Below, one piece after another: positions 63,865-64,000 of a DNA stretch of 64,000 bases (its first letter is position 1; each line of letters begins with the position of its first letter). A program made the position numbers and the translations under genes. A model generated the notes under the pieces. It did no database searches. It saw only the letters and a list, made by a program, of their open reading frames with translations, and was not told the origin of the DNA. This stretch comes from Propionibacteriaceae bacterium UBA7704 (lineage in GTDB: Bacteria; Actinomycetota; Actinomycetes; Propionibacteriales; Propionibacteriaceae): NCBI GenBank assembly GCA_002482525.1, contig DLGC01000010.1, positions 10,834-74,833 of the forward strand. The letters run 5' to 3'.

Positions 63865-64000
63865 GGCCGAATCATGGCCGCTGCCGACGCGGTCGTGGGC
63901 GCGTCCCACGCGGAATTTCCGCCGGCGACGATTTCCTCGTGAAGTTCGTACAGGGTGTCCTATTCTCCCTGCATGAGTTCCAACCTGGCGTGTATCGGGC

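Noticed and set aside
63974-64000. Plus-strand ATG at 63974 (MSSNLACIG...) as the start of a gene running off the window
   Set aside because: Only 9 codons are visible and no clear SD is present, so it cannot be identified or supported from this window.

Overview
High-GC (about 65-67%) actinobacterial chromosome segment. The 12S/5S/1.3S methylmalonyl-CoA:pyruvate transcarboxylase operon suggests Propionibacteriales. All functional calls come from motifs read by eye in the supplied translations or translated by hand; no database search was run. I see about 50 real genes. Most long ORFs antisense to them are high-GC frame shadows. Core blocks: carD (partial, absent from the ORF track), fruR-fruK-fruA, prs, phoR/senX3-phoP/regX3 divergent from phoU across a three-unit PHO-box-like repeat, gpmA, an SDR, rpiB-GH15, the transcarboxylase operon, typA, a MerR/GyrI-like regulator, the membrane/DUF4129/DUF4350/MoxR/DUF58 + SpoIIM-like + RDD cluster, a patatin-like lipase, an MFS-TetR pair and an amidase. 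Main unusual content: (1) A 13.5-kb minus-strand gene chain (32485 down to 18996) places five surface-protein genes between pstC-pstA and pstB. These are three PstS-superfamily paralogs, a small anchored protein, and a sortase-fold protein lacking both the catalytic His and Cys. A lytic transglycosylase and a PASTA kinase with a non-canonical catalytic loop follow pstB, and most junctions are start/stop overlaps. (2) Two paralogous internalin-like LRR proteins share a Y-x-W...GAT Ig-like module with two other secreted proteins. (3) A REP-like imperfect-hairpin repeat family has about 21 units in the window, including an 11-unit array at 9906-10629, and there is a second short repeat family. 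(4) A lower-GC islet bounded by these repeats carries two tandem membrane-anchored paralogs and splits the otherwise conserved MoxR cluster. (5) A 14-TMS MFS transporter carries a ~360-aa heptad-repeat ectodomain. I found no transposase, integrase, CRISPR array, tRNA or rRNA.
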